A stretch of DNA of 64,000 bases, taken from contig JANJGN010000026.1 in assembly GCA_026770705.1 (NCBI GenBank), forward strand, positions 37,448,001 to 37,512,000. Reading direction: 5' to 3'. Source of the DNA: Isurus oxyrinchus (lineage: Eukaryota). The translations under genes were made by a program, and so were the position numbers. A model generated the notes under the pieces. The model ran no database searches. It had not been told where the DNA came from and saw only the letters and a program-made list of their open reading frames with translations. This document shows positions 49,531 to 62,069 of this stretch, piece by piece; position 1 is the stretch's first letter, and every line of letters begins with the position of its first letter.

Positions 49531-50188
49531 TAAACGATTGCTTACAGCTCCGCTAGGTATTATTTGCTGCATTGATCTGCTGATTTAGTTTGATTCCAGG
49601 CTTAGGGAGAACAAAGACTATCATTTTTTAATATTGTTGTCTTTATTTTGTCCGAAATGAACAGGGAATCGGTTTGGGAAATCTTCACACTTATTTCCAT
49701 GCTCCGAGCTGTATTGCCTAAGTAAATATCTCAGAGCTTCCCTGGATTATGATGGAGCAATGCGTGCAGAGAAATCATGTAGCTGAACATGATGGAGTGC
49801 CCTTTCAAGGATGCTAAGCCAGACGGATCCTGGGGCAACAGGTCTGTGTCACTCATTCCTGTAAAAGCAAATGGAATGCGTTAAAAATCTAGGATTGAAC
49901 ATGATGCATGAGATATACAATTCCCCATTTAAACATAGATTCACCGAGAAGCAAGGCCACTGTTATCAGGGAAGAATATTGCGAACACATGGTGCCTCCT
50001 TTAGAACTGGACAGACAATAACAGAATATTCAAAGTATGTCGACCCTTCTTGTCTGATATTCAAGAGTAAACCAAGATAGGGGCAGGATTCACTCATTGA
50101 AGACGGAGAGATGTTTTACAGTGAGTTGTAAAAAAAACGGCACTCTGGTAACGACACAGACTACAAACGTTCAGAATCAAATCCCACA

Positions 50189-50743
50189 GGTTTTTGTATG
50201 GTCCGTGTTGATCTTCGCTCCACTTTGTTTGTACTGCACAAAAATAGGTGGCGGTGTCTGCCACGCAAGTGTCGTGAACATTCTGAGCACTGTGTTTCTC
50301 TGCAGCAATGAACCTAGCCGTGACCATGTCCTGATCACCTCTACCTCTCGCTAGGTGCTGTATGGTTGGACCTGTGTATCGTCTGTAACATTGGAGGATC
50401 AGTCCTGCTATTGTGGTCGAATAGATCCATGATAAAGTGTTTCCCTCGGTAACAACCACTGACTTAGGAAATTGTGATACCTCTTCATTGCCAGTTGCGT
50501 CTGGAAGGAATATGCAGATGTCGAAATATATAATTAATAAATAATATTATAAAATGCCATCATAATATAGTACAATAAAATACAACATTTTATAACACAA
50601 TCAAGTAAAATCTAACCCAACGTAACACAATGCACATAGTATCTGATGTGTAATATATTCCTGTCACAGATAGTGACCACACTCACACGTGGGCAGAGTA
50701 AGGAATTCAAGAGGATAAACACGAAAGTGGAGCTCGGACTCAT
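50189..50743 (-). pseudogene. TCR V pseudogene
   Basis: Leader MSPSSTFVFILLNSLLCP; exon EEVSQFPKSVVVTEG…QCYRR…DTATYFCAV; first Cys and Trp lost; CAAAGTG, 23-bp spacer, ACAAAAACC. Confidence 0.85.
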
Positions 50744-50949
50744 GCCTCCTATCGACTGTTGTAAAGTAGCTGTCGTCAGATTCAAGGCCCAGGTAGTTTT
50801 CTGGGAAATGCAACGCTCTTGAGTACCAAATTGAGCCGAGGTGCAGTTTACACTGTAGTCGCCAGACACGGGTCTCTGAGACTTGTGATCAGAAAGTGAA
50901 GTTGTGAGGGAGGCTTCAGCATTGATGAAGCTTGAGGGGAGGACGGGGC

Positions 50950-51030
50950 TGCGCATGCGTCAGAACATACGCCTGTCTGACGTCAGACTGTACCCTCTGT
51001 GACGTCAGCCTGTTGGATCTGTGGCGTCAG
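50950..51030. promoter_or_regulatory. Cluster of CRE (ATF/CREB) motifs upstream of the 50189 V
   Basis: TGCGTCA 50956, TGACGTCA 50978 and 51000, TGGCGTCA 51022. Confidence 0.7.
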
Positions 51031-51432
51031 AGCGAAGACTCCGAGACGCATGTCTGCAAACTCTGTGATATCAACATGTAATGATTACCTGACGTGCGTC
51101 TTTCTACACTGTAGACTGATATTTTAAACAAATTAGTACCTCCCTGTTTGCCATGAGCTATCTTTGAAACAGCGGTAAACTGGCAGAACTCGTTCCAGTA
51201 AAGCGGCTGGAGTTTGTTTTGCCAATGAGAATGGTGAGCAGCCAGTTTTGCCTTCACATCGTGAATGTCAAAATGAGGCGGAATCAGTGGTTACAGGAAA
51301 TGGTTTTAGATGATGTTTGTGTGGATGGTGCTCAGGACCTGCGCTCAGAGGAATGGATTCACTTGTCAGTGTCTGACCCGCTGTGATAAACATCCCTCAG
51401 CAGACAGCAACTGTGACCCAGAAACCTGCGGC

Positions 51433-51770
51433 AATTATAATATGAGGGTTTCACTCGTTCCCATCACTGTGAGACTCAGTGTACTAGACTGCGGTGTCAG
51501 ACAGACGCAGCTCCGAGATGGTCAATCGGTGCGACTTGTCTGACTGCTGACCTGTATCAGAAAACCCGCTCTGAGCGAAATCCGCCTTCAATTCCCAACT
51601 GCCGTCCATGTATCTCTGCAATGCAAACTCTGGATGTTTGCCGGGGTGTTGTCGGCACCAGAATAAGTAATAACCAGCGTCGGTATAGGTGCAGTTTAAA
51701 GTGACATCCTCTCCCTCTGTCTGTGTGAGCGAGGATTCCCCGTGAGTAACAGAATCTCCATCGCTCAGAT
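51433..51770 (-). pseudogene. Delta-like TCR V pseudogene
   Basis: DLSDGDSVTH…VTLNCTY…LFWCRQHPG…LSDTAV*Y; CACAGTG, 23-bp spacer, degenerate nonamer. Confidence 0.87.
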
Positions 51771-53124
51771 CTGGAACGGGTCAGAATAAATTGTAGTCAG
51801 TGTTCCATTGAATTAGATAACACTTGGAGCCTAAAATAAAACTTCATTCGACACAATGGATTTCTATGTTTTACACCCCGATAGCATCCTCCACCTCTCT
51901 TCATCTCACTCTATGAGAATGCCCTTCCAACCCTTTCTACATAACCCTTTCATTTCGTTTCTCCCTGAGTCCATCGAGGTTAATCACCTCATCCCTCCTT
52001 GTGACATTGATTTCCACAGCACTGACACTCTCTGGGTAGTGCAGTTTCTCATCAGTCCCGCTTCTTAATATTCATCGTTTTTAAATCGTCCAGAGATGGA
52101 ATAATTCCCTGAAAGACTAACATAGGAAACAGCTTCAACATTGCTAAAGACCTCTATCAGGTTGTCCCTCTGTCCTCACGGTGCGAGAGAGAAGATCCCC
52201 AGCTTGAACAATGATTTCTGATAGTTATTGAATTCTACTATCATCCTGGTAAATCGCTTTTTCCATTTACACCGTTGCCCTTATATCATTTTCCTAAAAC
52301 TCGAAGTCCGGTGTATCACTGCTCGGTACAAGTTTACAATGAAGTATTTGCATTTGAGATTCATTGCTCTGGAAATCATTCATTTGAAAAAAAAATGTAT
52401 TAATCGTCTTACCGATGCTGAATGTTATCCAGGCCACAGCGAACAGGGAAAGCCGCATCGCTCCGGAACTCAAGAGAGAGATTTTGCATCTCAGGAACAT
52501 GCAGAATAACCAACAAAAAGCGGATGTCACCTCCTGCAAACTGGACTGGTTTGATGTCACTTCCTGCAGAAAGTCGGAGCGGAAGAATGTTGGATGTTGT
52601 CTGATGTCACTCCATACTCGATGTCATAGTGAGCTCCATGGACTGAGTCTGACTGCTCTGATCTTCCTTTGCAACAAGTGCGTTTTTATTTAAGGGAATG
52701 TGAAGATTAACACCGCAGGGAATCCTCTGTGGAAAGCAGGAATATAGATCACCGCCATACTGCACAGCTCCTCACAACAGAACAAAAGGAGGCAGGTGTG
52801 CGGAAATGTCTACACTAAAACAGGGCAAGCGATGCAGGTCCGAAGGAGAGAAGCAATGGAGATGCTGCGGGATGAGTGTTCAATGGATGTTCAAGCTGTA
52901 AAGAACTGAATTCAGTAATAATATCTTATTTGACTATTATATAAGTCCGCATGTATGCAATGGTCACGTGACTTTGCCTTTGCCTGCCTGTCCGGACAGG
53001 CAGGACAGCGACAGGAATTGAAGAATTATTATATGACTAAACTGCATCAATGGATGTGCACAGCTTATTTACACAGGACTCGCAGGTGTCACGATGCAAA
53101 TTTGGGAGCGTATGACATTCACAG

Positions 53125-54225
53125 GATCACAGAATCACAGTGCAGAAGAGGCCCTTCGGCCCATCGAGTCTGCACCGACACGTGAGAAATACCTGACCTA
53201 CCTACCTAATCCCATTTACCAGCACTTGGCCCATCACCCTCAATGCTATGACGTGCCAAGTGCTCTTCCAGATACTTTTTAAAGGATGTGAAGCAAACCG
53301 CCTCCACCACCCTCCCAGGCAATGCATCCCAGACCGTCACCACTTTCTCAGTAAAAAAGGTTTTCTGCACATCCCCCCTAAAACCTCTGCCCCTCACATT
53401 GAACTTGTGTCCCCTCGTGATTGACCCCTCAACTAAGCGTCCCTATCTACTTTGTCTATGCCCCTCATGATCTTGCACACCTCGATCAGGTCGCCCCTCA
53501 GTCTTCACTGCTCCAACGAAAACAATCCAACTGTATCCAACCACTCTTCATAACTTAAATGTTTCATCTCAGGCAACATCCTGGTGAATGTCCTCTGCAC
53601 CCCTCCAGTGCAATCACATCCTTATAATGCAGCGACCAGAACTGCACACAGTACTCTAACTGTGGCCTCACCAAGATTTTAGACAAGTCCAACATGACCT
53701 CCTTATTTTTGTAATCTATGCCTCGGTTGATAAAGGCAAGTGTCCCTTATGCCTTTTTCACCGCCCCACTAACATGCCCCTCCGCCTTCAGAGGTCTCTA
53801 GACACACACGCCAAGGTCCCTTTGTTCCTCAGGACATCCTAGTCTCATGTCGTTCATTGAATACTTCTTTGTCAAATTGCTCCTACCAGAGTGTACCACC
53901 TCACAGTTTTCAGGGTTACATTCCATCTGCCACTTATCTGCCCATTTGGCCATCCCATCTTTATCTTCCTGTAGCCCAAGACACTCAACCTCACTGTTAA
54001 CCACCCGGCCAATCTTTGTGTCATCCGCAAACTTACCAATCCTACCCCCACATAGTCATCTATGTCGTTTATATAAATGAGAAATATTAGGGGACCCAGC
54101 ACAGATTCCTGTGGTACGCCACTGGACACTGGCTAAGGCATCCTTCTGCCTTCACCATCTGTCTCCTACAACAAAACCAATTTTGAATCCACCTCATCAA
54201 TTTACTCTGTACCCCAGGTGCATTA
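53125..54225 (-). mobile_element. CR1-type LINE, 5'-truncated
   Basis: SSGVPQESVLGPLIFLIYINDID, KFADD; TFFTEKVVTVWDALP. Confidence 0.9.
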
Positions 54226-54335
54226 ATGGGGATAGAGATTAGTTCAAAGCAATTTTGCCATGATTGATATTGAGGAAGTTTCAGTCGATGTGGGTCGATG
54301 CGCGGTTTGCCAAAGTGGGAAACTGTGTTCTGTCA

Positions 54336-54349
54336 CTGCCACCTGGTGG
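54336..54349 (-). promoter_or_regulatory. CTCF motif
   Basis: CCACCAGGTGGCAG, consensus. Confidence 0.75.
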
Positions 54350-55281
54350 CCCATCTTAAAATTCTTAGTCCGGGCTTCACAGTACACGGTTATCTCTAGG
54401 TAATTCTGTGCAAAACGTTCCCATATCATATCATCTGTGAGTAGAGCCCATGTCCAGTGAGCTGCTCCATCAATGGGGATCTCTGGCACTGACAAGGGAC
54501 TAAGGTGAATGCTTTGCTTCGGTTATCCCACCTCAAATACTGCCCCAGTCACTGCTGTGATCAGAAGGATTTCACTCGAACCCCTGCCCCCTGCACTGCC
54601 CCCATCAACCGGAGAGCAACTGGGCTCAGCGCTGAATGGATGGATGCTGGTCAGTTGATTGGGTGACACCTGCTGCCTTGGTCCAGGCCGAACAAAAGGG
54701 CAGAGGGGTCGCATGTCACCCATCATCGCCCCACCGCTGGATGGGAAGCCATTTAAGTTGAACCCGCACAGAGAAATGAATCAGTGGAAACGTTGGAGTA
54801 AAAAGATAATGCATATCTTGACCCCGTGGGGCATGTAGACAAAGATCATGTTATCTGGGACCAGTTAACTGGAAAGAAAATTTAAGTTACTTTTATAAAT
54901 ACAGGATAGCTGTATGTTGTGCAGTTCATTAAGGCTCAAATTGGCGAGCAGACGCTCTGAATTTCCAATCGCCATTTCATCGGATGATTTTTATGTCCTG
55001 GGACCGTTGATATGAGGAATGACATTCACAACCAGCATCTCCCTATAAAACGGAATTTGAAAAGTCCCCAAAGATGCATTGATTGTGCATATAGGTACAC
55101 TGTTTTCACCCAGTAAGCGGTGTGCAATTTCACATCACCTCCACCAGAGGACGTTGTCGTCACATTTTTCTCACTCCTCCCTCAGGAATCAAGCAAAGTT
55201 CTCAAATATTTGTGGAAAGCCAAAGATTTCTGAAACCTGTTTAGAATTCAAGCGGTGTTTGTCGGATTCGGAAATAAAGTG

Positions 55282-55853
55282 TTTTTGAACTCAGTCTATT
55301 TTTTTCTGAAATTCGTGGTGAAAATACACCGTACAACAGTGAATAATTACCTAACTATACCGAAGGTTTCAATGCAATTAAGAATTAATGCTCTAATATC
55401 ATTTCAAAGACTAATTTCGAAACTATATTCTTAAACATGACATCATGAATGAAGTCATATTCATACGAACATGTTGCCCGGGTTCTTGACTGTACCAGAA
55501 CACGAAAAGGTTAAGGAGACTTGTTTCCAAGATGCAGGTCAATGTGATGTTGTTTTCCTCTTTGCCCATTGTATCTGCAGCAGACACGGCCAATGTGCCT
55601 TGGTTGCCCCATTCTAAAATAAAGTTAAGGGGCTTCTAACATAAAGGGATAGATGTTTTTGTCATCGGGGTCATCATCATCACCACCAAGCAGCATAATA
55701 AGCAAGCAGTACCATTTTACAAATAATAACATTTGGGTTACTGGGTTACTTATCAAGATGTCGGGGGATTGTGGACTTTTTTTTCTGGGAAAGAAATACT
55801 TACTGAGAAGTAACATAATAATAAGGAGAGGTGTGATGCAATTCCCCAAGATG
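55282..55853 (-). pseudogene. Degenerate TCR V pseudogene (family H)
   Basis: AG/AA WGNQGT…NITLTCILETS…VFWYSQEPG; 3' half decayed; family-H promoter module extends to ~56060. Confidence 0.78.
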
Positions 55854-56079
55854 CTTCCTGACCTCTGCAATCCGCCCAGTTCTCTGTCAGGACAGGAATA
55901 CAAATCCCAGACCCCTGTGCTGCTGATCCAACCAACATCAAACAGGGGACAGAGGCAATCACCTCTCCAATAACACAGGAAAGACAAGGGAGGTCAGAGT
56001 CAGAGAAACAAAGAGAAGCTGTGGGTGAGGCTGGCGCTGAGGTCTTGTCACACGTAAAATCCAACTGCACAAAAGTGAA

Positions 56080-57945
56080 AGGAAAAGAGCAAGTGAGTGA
56101 TGCTCCTCTAGAGAGTGAGGCTGGGGAATTAATAATGGAAAATAAAGAAATGGTGGACGAATTGAATAGGTATCTTGTGTCTGTCTTCATTGTAGAGAAT
56201 ACAAATAACATCCTGGAAATAACTGGCGATCAAGAGGTGAAAGGGAAGGAGGAGTTTTAAAAAGTACAACACCAGGGAAAGGGAACTGGGAAAAGTATTA
56301 GAACCGAAAGCAGACAAGTCGCTGGCTCCTGGCGGACTTCATCCTAGACAGGGAAACGAAGTTGCAGCTGGGATAGTAGATTCATTGGTTTTAATTTTTC
56401 AAAACTCCTTAGATTCTGGAAAGCTCCCAGCAGATTGATAAATAGCAAATGTAACACCTCTTTTCAGGAAAGGAGGGAGGCAGAAAAGAGGAAACTATTG
56501 GTCAATTAGCTTAACATCTGTCATAAGCAAATTGCTGGAATCTATTATTAAGGAGGTTATAGCGGGGCACTTAGAAAATCTCACTGCAATCCGGCAGAGT
56601 CAACATGGTTTTGTGAAAATGAATCTGTGTTTAACTAATCTATTAGAGTTTTTTGAGGAAGTAGCAAGCAACGTGGACAAAGAGAAACGGTGGATGTTGT
56701 GAACTTAGATTTCCAGAAGGTATTTTACAAGTTATTGATCTCCTAATAACACCAAAAGTTAGCACACGAAGCAAAAGTTCGTATTGTACAGGGTAAAATG
56801 TTGGCATGGATAGAGGATATTCAGGTAACAGGAAACAGAGAGTAGACAATAATTGATCATTTATGTGTTGGCAAGACACAACAATAGGAGTTGACCTGCC
56901 ACTGGTATCAGTGCAGGGGCTTCAACTATTTACAATCTATGTCAAGGACTTGGGCGATTGAACTGAATATTTTGTTGCTAAATTTGCTGATGACACAAAT
57001 ATAGGTAAGAAAGTAGTGAAGATGACATAAGATTAGTTAAGTGAATAAGCAAAAAAATGGGCAGATGTAATATAATGTGGGAGAATGTGAACAGCCCATT
57101 TTGGCAGGAAGAATAGAAAATCGTAATATTACCTAAACAGAGAGATATTGCAGGGCAGTGAGTTACAGAGGGATCTGGGTATCCTGATCCATGATCAAAA
57201 AAATACGGTGCAAGTACAGCGAGTGGTTAGGAAGGCAAATACAATGTTGCACTTTGTTGCAAGGTGGCTGGAATATACACATAGGGACGGCGTTTCACGC
57301 CAGAACGGTTTTGATGTCCCGCCGAACTCAATAGAGTTTAGAATGACGCCCGCATGTGACGGCCCCATACCTGCCACGATAGTGAAGTTTCGTTATTGCT
57401 GATATTAGGGCATATAGGGTATTGCTGAGACCATATCCAGAGTACTTTGTACAGTTTTGGCCTCCTTATTTACGAAAGGATATAACTGCATTGGAAACAG
57501 TTCAGAGAAATGTCACTCGACTGATCCTTGAGATGAGGGGGTTATCTTATGACAAAATGTTGGACAGCTTGAGCGTATGTCCACTGGAGTTTAGAAGAAT
57601 GAATGTGATCCTATTGAAACAAATAAGACCATGAGAGGACTTGACAGAGTGGATGAGCCCTATGTTGGGCAGGCCAGAGCCAGGGGGCACAGTTGAAAAT
57701 TATGGGGTCTCACATTTAAGACGAAGATGAGGAGATTGTTTTCTCTCAGAGTGGTGCAGGCAGGATCATTGAATATTTTTAAAGCAGAGGTGGATAAATT
57801 CTTGACTAACAAGGTAGTCAAAGGGTAAATGGGGTAGGCAGGAAAGTGGCATTGAGGCCACAATCAGATCACCCATGACCTTATTGAATGCCCGAGGAGA
57901 TTCGAGGGGCCGAATGATTTACACGTGCTCCTAATTAGTGTTTTC
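56080..57945 (+). mobile_element. Degenerate CR1-type LINE
   Basis: TNLLEFFEE, KFADDT, LQRDLG, LRPYPEYFVQFWPPYLRKD and CR1 3' tail. Confidence 0.88.
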
Positions 57946-58362
57946 ATAAAGACCTGAATTCACAAATAACTCGCTAATCAGAAATTCGTTAATTCTGTCT
58001 CTATAAGAACTGTGTTACTTGTATATTCATGCCAAATCTGAGACAAGCAGGCACGCGACAGGAATTAGGGAACTGTTGTGTTATTCTATAGTTACCAATA
58101 ACTTCATGGTTGAAATCGGTTAAGGCAAGGGGCTGAATATGTCAGTGGAGAGCCAAACACATGGGCAAACCATCCCAATGCCTGGAGCTGAACTGCTCAT
58201 TAACACTGACCTAACCTTCTCAATTGTGGGTCTGTGAGCAAACGTCACCTTGAAGAGCATAAATATGAGATCAAACACAATTTCTACGGAAGCAATATAA
58301 ATAAATTATCTGTCAGTGTTGGTTCTTGCAAAGCAACAGACGATGGGAATCCGTGGCATGAT

Positions 58363-58376
58363 TCGCCACCTGATGG
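58363..58376 (-). promoter_or_regulatory. CTCF motif ~42 bp downstream of RSS
   Basis: CCATCAGGTGGCGA. Confidence 0.62.
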
Positions 58377-58418
58377 TCGGATTTAAGGAATCTCAATTCG
58401 ACTGATCTCACAGAACAA

Positions 58419-58700
58419 GGTAACGGCACGAGGTAACCAGAGGCCTTTTTCAATGTGAACCTCAGCACACCATAGGACACGGTACTGTCAGCGATCTGCA
58501 GCCTAGTCAAAGTGAAAGCAGCTATATTCTTGGGTGTTCCTAGAATGACCGAAAGGCAACCTTTAACTTTGTTCCTTCCGAATTACGAAATGTGACCGAA
58601 TTACAAAAGTGGGAGCAATTTTCTGGTTCTGACGATAAAGCTCCACGCAAAAGCTCAGGTCCTGAAGTTGAACAGAGGCAATTTATGCTCATAAAGCTTT
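58419..58700 (-). pseudogene. TCR V pseudogene related to 63323
   Basis: MSINC…ELYRQNQKIAPT…FTLTRLQIADSTVSYGVLR; CACATTG, 23-bp spacer, degenerate nonamer. Confidence 0.72.
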
Positions 58701-59261
58701 CTTACAGACAGATAGATAGATAAATGTATCCATAGATAACTCCATCTTTTAAGAACACTTTGCTCCAGAGGCAAAGGATGGAGGGAAAGGTGAATTGATA
58801 GATTTTATGGTGATGAGTGAGATGAAGATATAATGACACAGACCAGGATATATAGTTGGGCTGAGAGGCGAATAGAAATATAGATCGATGAATAGAGGAG
58901 AATTGTATCAAGGTTGGAATGGGCAAATAGAAATAAAATCAAAAATAAATAAAGCAACAAAATAACAAAGTTGGAAGAACCATACATCGAAAACCCCAAA
59001 CCACAGTACTTCAGAGCTGGGATCCCGCATTTAACCTGGTGCTTCCTGTCATTTGGCGCCTTTGTGCTGAAGGGCAAGAATTCCTCATCAGTTCCTGCAT
59101 CAGACAAGAGTCCGGTTTCAATGAGCCACCTGTGGGCATTGGAGCTGCCAGCGTGAATCATCACTACATGTGGCCCGGGCAAGCAGTCTCTTGTGCAGTT
59201 TTGCTTTATCCCTGATATCTGAGCCACAGACCTCGACATTGAGGATTCTGTCTTCTCCTCA

Positions 59262-59441
59262 NNNNNNNNNNNNNNNNNNNNNNNNNNNNNNNNNNNNNNN
59301 NNNNNNNNNNNNNNNNNNNNNNNNNNNNNNNNNNNNNNNNNNNNNNNNNNNNNNNNNNNNNNNNNNNNNNNNNNNNNNNNNNNNNNNNNNNNNNNNNNNN
59401 NNNNNNNNNNNNNNNNNNNNNNNNNNNNNNNNNNNNNNNNN
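59262..59441. other. Assembly gap (180 N)
   Basis: Run of n. Confidence 0.99.
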
Positions 59442-60097
59442 CCCAGGAGTGCTTGTCTGCAAAAGTAAATCCTTTAATTAAATTTTATTCCCCAAAAGAG
59501 CTCCAGTCTAACCGTGTTTTGAAACTGTTGCTCATCATTAAGGAAACAACCATTTCTGGGTGCTCTTGTTGCTAAAGTTTTCGATTTCACAGCAATGGAA
59601 ATCCATCAGACATTTCTACAGTGTCACAGCCTCAGGGTATTCTATTATAGAAGGTTTATTCTCGAACGCTTTTGTCTGCATCTCTGACTGTATTTATCTG
59701 TCTCTGTGTCTAATATTGTGTTTAGTTGTCTGTCTTTCCCTCTCTCTGTGTTGGCCAGTTTGCGTGTATTTGTATGTGTTATTTGTCTGTGTGTATCTGT
59801 CAGTATGTATGTATTTACCTATATTAGTTTCGATATTTGCGTTGATCTCTTTGTATGCCCATGGCTGTCGATTTCTCTGTGTCGGTAGGGTGATTCTGTG
59901 CTCTATGTATAAGGTTTGTGGTGAATATGGAAGGTACCTCTGGTCACTTAGTAAAGAACGTACACCGTGAACAACTCAACCGATGAGACTTCAATATTCT
60001 CCATCAGGATCCTGCCTTTATAACGGCGCACGTTAGATTTGATGGCTGTGTCAGTACATGTCTGCGCAGCTGGTTCTGTGCCTGTTTCCAATACTGC

Positions 60098-60111
60098 CCA
60101 CGCGAGGGCGC
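60098..60111 (+). promoter_or_regulatory. CTCF motif upstream of V promoter
   Basis: CCACGCGAGGGCGC. Confidence 0.62.
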
Positions 60112-60295
60112 TCTATGATCACTTGCTAAAAATCACGTTTCGCTTCTACAGAAAGTGAATCGGAAGATGTAAAAATAGGCGGGGAGAAGAAATCCCAGCT
60201 GATCACACACAGTCCCCGGCTCTGTTCAGTTTCTCTAATTTCAAGTCTGGCGCAGACAGAAAACACTCTCTGTTGATGGAGGTCAGTCTGGAACC

Positions 60296-60809
60296 ATGGG
60301 GCTGAAATACTGTCTCACTCTGGTTATGTCCTGAACACAGGTCGGTCTGATTGAACCTCCCTGCTAAATTCACCAATTCTCATGTTATTTCTCATTTTCG
60401 GTGGTTATTTTCCTTCTGTTAGTCCATCTAACCCGCTGTGTTTCCGCTGTTTATTTTCAGGGATGAGTCATGGAGACTCAGTGTCCCAATAAGAACAAGG
60501 CATGGAAGCAGAAGAGGGTAAAGTTTCATCAATAACCAGTAGTTACTCAGCATCGAGTTCAGCTACAAGCTATGGCCTGTTCTGGTGTCGGCAGTATCCA
60601 GAAGAAGCTCCACGGTATATGATCCAAGCTAATAATTATGGGTATAACGAGACGGCTCCCAGCTTTGAACGCTTCAGCGAGAATTTCAACCCGACACAAA
60701 GCACTTTTCACTTGTTCATGAAAGGTTTGAATATGACAGACAGCGCCGTGTATTACAACACGTTGAGACCCAAAGTGAATGAGGAGCCTTCGGGTCTCAT
60801 ACAAAAACT
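60296..60809 (+). pseudogene. TCR V pseudogene
   Basis: Leader with stop; SHGDSVSQ*; both Cys lost; DSAVYYNTLRP; CAAAGTG, 23-bp spacer, ACAAAAACT. Confidence 0.87.
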
Positions 60810-61021
60810 GGGTGCAACTGGATAAAAGCGCCGGTGCCCGGAAAATACAAGGGGTTGCATCCTGGACGATATGTACAGAGAATGAATGTGACAATACAGC
60901 CTGATACGAGCATTTTCTCCCGTTCAGGTCAATGGTTGTTAGTGTTGTTAGGAAATGTGACATTTGGCGGCCGTTTTAATCCAGAATCGAATTAACAGGT
61001 TTCCCGATCCCATTAACACAA

Positions 61022-61418
61022 GCCTTGGAAGAATGCGAAGTGATCTGCATGAAACATATGAGATTATTAGAGGGTTTGATAAGCTAGATGCTGGGAAAAT
61101 TCATTTTTTCCTTTTAGGGGAGTCTAAAACTAAGGAGCTACAGTTTACAAATAAAGAAGTTCCAATTTAAGGTGTAGGCGAGGGAGATTTCACCTGTCAG
61201 AGAGCTGTTAATCATTAGAATTCTCTGCCCAAGAGGCCGAGTCACTGAATGTATTCGAGGATGAATTAGACATTTTTTTGATCTACGAGGGAATCAAGGG
61301 TTATGGACAGGAAAGTTATTCCAGCCATAACCCGGTCAGCCGTCTTCTTATTGAATGCCAGATCAGGATCGAGATGCAAAATCGCTGACTCCTGTTGTTA
61401 TTCCTTATAATCTTATGA
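61022..61418 (+). mobile_element. CR1-type LINE 3' fragment
   Basis: RMRSDLHETYEIIRGFDKLDAG and tail. Confidence 0.75.
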
Positions 61419-61906
61419 AGATCTCCGGACTGAATAATAACCTGTCCTTGTAAAAGTGATCGGTCTGGAGCCTATCTGAGGTCAACATTTTCCTAATCTC
61501 ACAGGCTTTCTCAGAGGTGTCACAGATTAAAGTTTCTGGGGTAGAAATAGTAATTGACTGAAATTTACTGGTGCTATCGCATCTCGGTTTGGAGTTGGGT
61601 AGCTGCTTATCATTTGGGTTTATTAATTGTGCATATGGACTGGACGGCTTTGATCAAATCTAGGCAAAGACTAATTGTGAATTACTTCACTTTTCATCTT
61701 AATTAGAAAGAAAGGTCTACCTATCTAAGTACATAGATATTGAGCTCGGAGTGAGGGAGTTAAAGTGAGCAAAAAGACAGAATGACTGGTAATGTGAAAC
61801 AGAGGAACGGAACGAGAAAGACAAACAGACAAACACAACCAGGGATAGAATGTGATTGGGGATAGACAGTTGTTATATAACCCTGAACTAACAGTAACTG
61901 GTCCAC

Positions 61907-61960
61907 AGCTGACGTCAGCTCAGGGAAACCAGCCAATCGCAGCACTGAGAAACGCCCCTC
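61907..61960 (+). promoter_or_regulatory. V promoter with perfect CRE, CCAAT and GC box
   Basis: AGCTGACGTCAGCT palindrome 61907-61920, CCAAT 61933-61937, ACGCCCC. Confidence 0.7.
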
Positions 61961-62069
61961 AATTTCCAATAACTGAAACCTGCCGTTGATCTGAGTTTAC
62001 TCTTTGATATAACACTAGAAGCAGCAACATATTTTCAGCAGTGTGCTGTTTACTGTCGAGCCTGGAACC

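Noticed and set aside
59170-59481. ORFs spanning 59.2-59.5 kb
   Set aside because: Created by the N gap
59560-59970. Cys/Val/Leu-rich ORF
   Set aside because: TG/TC-rich low-complexity sequence
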